64,000 nucleotides of DNA from the NCBI RefSeq assembly GCF_009914755.1, contig NC_060936.1. One strand, written 5' to 3'. Positions 59,031-64,000 of this stretch are shown here, one piece after another. A model generated the notes under the pieces. That model was not told where the DNA came from. It saw nothing but the letters and a program-made list of their open reading frames with translations, and did not search any database. The position numbers and the translations under genes were made by a program. Each line of letters begins with the position of its first letter. The first letter of the stretch is position 1. The stretch comes from the human T2T-CHM13v2.0 reference genome, Homo sapiens.

Positions 59031-59535
59031 GCACATGCATGGAGCCCCTTGTTATCTGTGGATGCTGCTCTCACAATTCCTCTTCCTGCCCTGATGATGT
59101 ACACCATCCCAGCATTGGATGAAACTGGAGTCCTATCTGGGCTATCCCTGGTCCAAAGTCTATAGCTAAGAGCTCAGGGTTCCAAGGAAGGAGAAAGAGA
59201 AGCCAAACACCAGGAAATTGTTTCATTTATTTAGCAGCCTCTCCGGCTCTCTCGCACTTCTTCAGTGATTTCAGAAAAGGAATTTTTTTTTTTCTGGAGT
59301 TTCTCATTGCCTTTATTTTTCTCATTCTGAAAAGACACATGCTTTAATTGTATCATTAGAATCTTCTATTTTGTTAATTATGCAATCTTATTAATATTCA
59401 TATAAAAGTCTTTATTATTTAGGAGAGGAATAGCTGGATGATAGTGTAGGTCTATGCTTAACTTTATGAATGAGTGTTCTGGAAACACCAGTTAAGCCAT
59501 GTTGATTATGTTGTTCAGATCTTCTATATCATCAC

Positions 59536-60130
59536 TGTGGTAGACAGAATTCTAAGATGGGCCTTATGATCCCCACTCCCTGATGTTACTCTCATGATTA
59601 TATTATGTTATATGGCAAAATAGGATTTTGCAGATACAATTAAGATTACTAAGTTGACCTTAAGATAAGTAGATTGTCTGAGTAGACTTGCTACATTCGT
59701 ATGAGCCCTTTAAAAGCAAATAGTTTTCTCTGACTAGTAGCTGAAGAGGAAGTCAGAGGGGCCCTGAGCATGAGGAGGATGTAATGTACAGTTGCAGGCT
59801 TTGATGAGGGAGGGGGCCAGGTGGCAAGGAATGCAGGTAGCTTCTAGGAGCTGAGAGCAGCCCTGGCTGACAACCAGCAAGGAACTGGGGACCTCAGTTC
59901 TATAACTGCAAGGAACTACATTCTGCCAACAACCTGAATGACGTTGTAAGCAAATTCTTCCCCGGGACTACAGATAAAACCCCAGGCCAGCTGACACCTT
60001 GATTCTGGCCTCCATAAACATTCAGCAGAGAACCCAGCTGAGACTGCCCAGACTTCTGACATTCAAAACTGTGTTGTTTTAAGCCACCAACTGTGTGATG
60101 ATTTGTTACTCAGCAATAGGAAACTAATAA
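59536..60130 (+). mobile_element. MLT1D/E-type MaLR LTR
   Basis: tgtggtagacagaattctaagatgg...tttgttac..agcaataggaaactaata. Confidence 0.75.
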
Positions 60131-60289
60131 ATATACTTACTTTTTGTTCTATTTTTTTGTTTGTTATTCTCTCCATAATTGTAGATATGTATATTTAACT
60201 TTAGTTCTGTCAGTTTTTGCTTTATGTATTTTGATGATCTGTTATGTGGTTGTTGACTGAAATGAAGGCTGTTGAGACAGAAGTTATTT

Positions 60290-60432
60290 TATTTATTTTA
60301 TTTTTTATTTTTAATAGAGATGGGGTCTCACTATGTCGTCCAGGCGGATCTCAAACCCGTGGGCTCAAGCAATCTTCCTGCCCCAGCCTCCCAAAGTGCT
60401 GGGATTACAGGCATGGGCCACTGTGCCCAGCC
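60290..60432 (-). mobile_element. FLAM / Alu monomer
   Basis: Reverse-complement left arm with (TTTTA)n tail. Confidence 0.85.
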
Positions 60433-60850
60433 AGCAGAAATAATTTGATAAAGGTTTATTGGAAGCCAAATGTAAGGACTGACTTGGGAAAACACACCAA
60501 CAAAGTTACACATGTTCTGGAGTCTGTTACAAATTGGAAGGCTTTTATAGAAAAGTTTAGGAGCAGGGAGGGGGACTCCTTATACCAAACTTGTCCTTTT
60601 TCATTGGAGGGTTCAATACAAAGATTGCAATCATTGAATACACATTACAACATACAGGTTAAAATGTCTACATGCAAGACCATCAGTAAAACTTCATGAT
60701 TCAGCAATAAATCAGCATCCTTTTCAATGCCAGTAGGTTATGTATCAATCATTGCATCAATAATTTGAGGAACTCATAGTAAGATTCTTTATTCAAGGAC
60801 AGAATGTCACCATAAGACCTTCCCAAGGTCGGTTACTTTGAAAGACTGTT

Positions 60851-61147
60851 GGCCGAGCGTGGTGGCTCACGCCTGTAATCCCAGCACTTTGCGAGGCCGA
60901 GGAGGGCAGATCATGAGGTCAGGAGTTCGAGACCAGCCTGGCCAATATGGTGAAACCCCATCTCTACTAAGAATACAAAAATTAGCTGGGCGTGGTGGCG
61001 CGCACCTGTAGTCCCAGCTACTCGGGAGGCTGAGGCAGAAGAATCACTTGAACCCGGGAGGTGGAGGTTGCAGTGAGCTGATTGTGCCATTGCACTCCAG
61101 CCTGGGTGAGAGAGGGAGATTCCATCTGAAAAAAAAAAAAAAAAAGA
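60851..61147 (+). mobile_element. Alu (AluSg-like)
   Basis: Alu consensus; TSD-like gaaagactgtt / gagagactctt. Confidence 0.92.
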
Positions 61148-61433
61148 GAGACTCTTTTAAGTAAATTGTCAAATGTGGCCTGAAGGTTATCAAGGTATGT
61201 ATACATTTAAGATTTTTATGTCCTATTGACTAATTGGTCCTTTTATTATTATAAAAATTACTTCTTTATCTCTGATAATACTCCTTGTTTGAAGTCTTTC
61301 TTGTCTGATATTAATATAACCACACCAATTTTCTTACCCTTAGTGAGTTGTTTTTTTTTTTTTTTTTTGGTATTTCTTTTTCAAATCTTTTACTTTTGAC
61401 ACACTTGTGTCTTATATTTAAGATGAGTCTCTT

Positions 61434-61600
61434 GGTGAGGATCAAAGAACTACCTATTGGGTACCATGCTTATTATCTGGGTGACAAAATAATCCGCACT
61501 CCAAACCCCTGTGACATGCAATTTACCCATATTACAAACCTGCACATGCACCCTTGAACCTGAAATGAAAGTTGGAAAGAAAAGATAAAATTAAAAAAAG
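61434..61600 (+). mobile_element. Short L1PA (older) 3' end fragment
   Basis: ctacctattgggtac...caaacccctgtgacatgcaatttaccc...aacctgcacatg. Confidence 0.75.
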
Positions 61601-61789
61601 TCTATTGTAAGCAGAATATAGTTGAGCCTTGCCTTTTTATCTAATGTAGCCCAGGGGTGAGCAAACGTTTTCTGTGGCAGACCAGATAGTAAATATTTTC
61701 GGCTTCGTGGGTCAGAAGGACTCTGTCACAACTACTCATTCATTTATGTATTCCAACAAAATTTTATTTTCCAAAACAGATTGGATGTA

Positions 61790-64000
<2,211 letters not shown>

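Overview
Primate (almost certainly human, 12p13) genomic DNA. The window holds the complete + strand gene NDUFA9 (complex I 39-kDa accessory subunit, short-chain dehydrogenase/reductase fold). Its 11 GT-AG coding exons run from ATG 5967 to TAG 43942 and join into a 1134-nt ORF (377 aa). A CpG-rich bidirectional promoter (NRF1-like and YY1/TISU-like motifs) is shared with probable non-coding 5' exons of the sperm gene AKAP3 on the - strand. The rest is intronic/intergenic DNA rich in transposons: a full-length inactivated L1PA nested in an older L1, a 5'-truncated SVA, about 20 Alu/FLAM copies, MaLR/ERV LTRs and hAT/Tigger MITEs. There is also a pure (CCA)24 repeat. Nearly all ORFs in the supplied track are incidental or repeat-derived. 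I found no new multi-gene system. The most interesting unexplained signals are templated-insertion and rearrangement scars (two in the L1, a hairpin near exon 7, a displaced duplication in intron 9), inverted repeats in the possible long 3'UTR, an in-frame alternative acceptor at exon 11, and a triplet repeat with AUG-initiated poly-Gly and poly-Trp frames. Repeat subfamily names and neighbouring gene identities come from recall of consensus sequences, not from a search.
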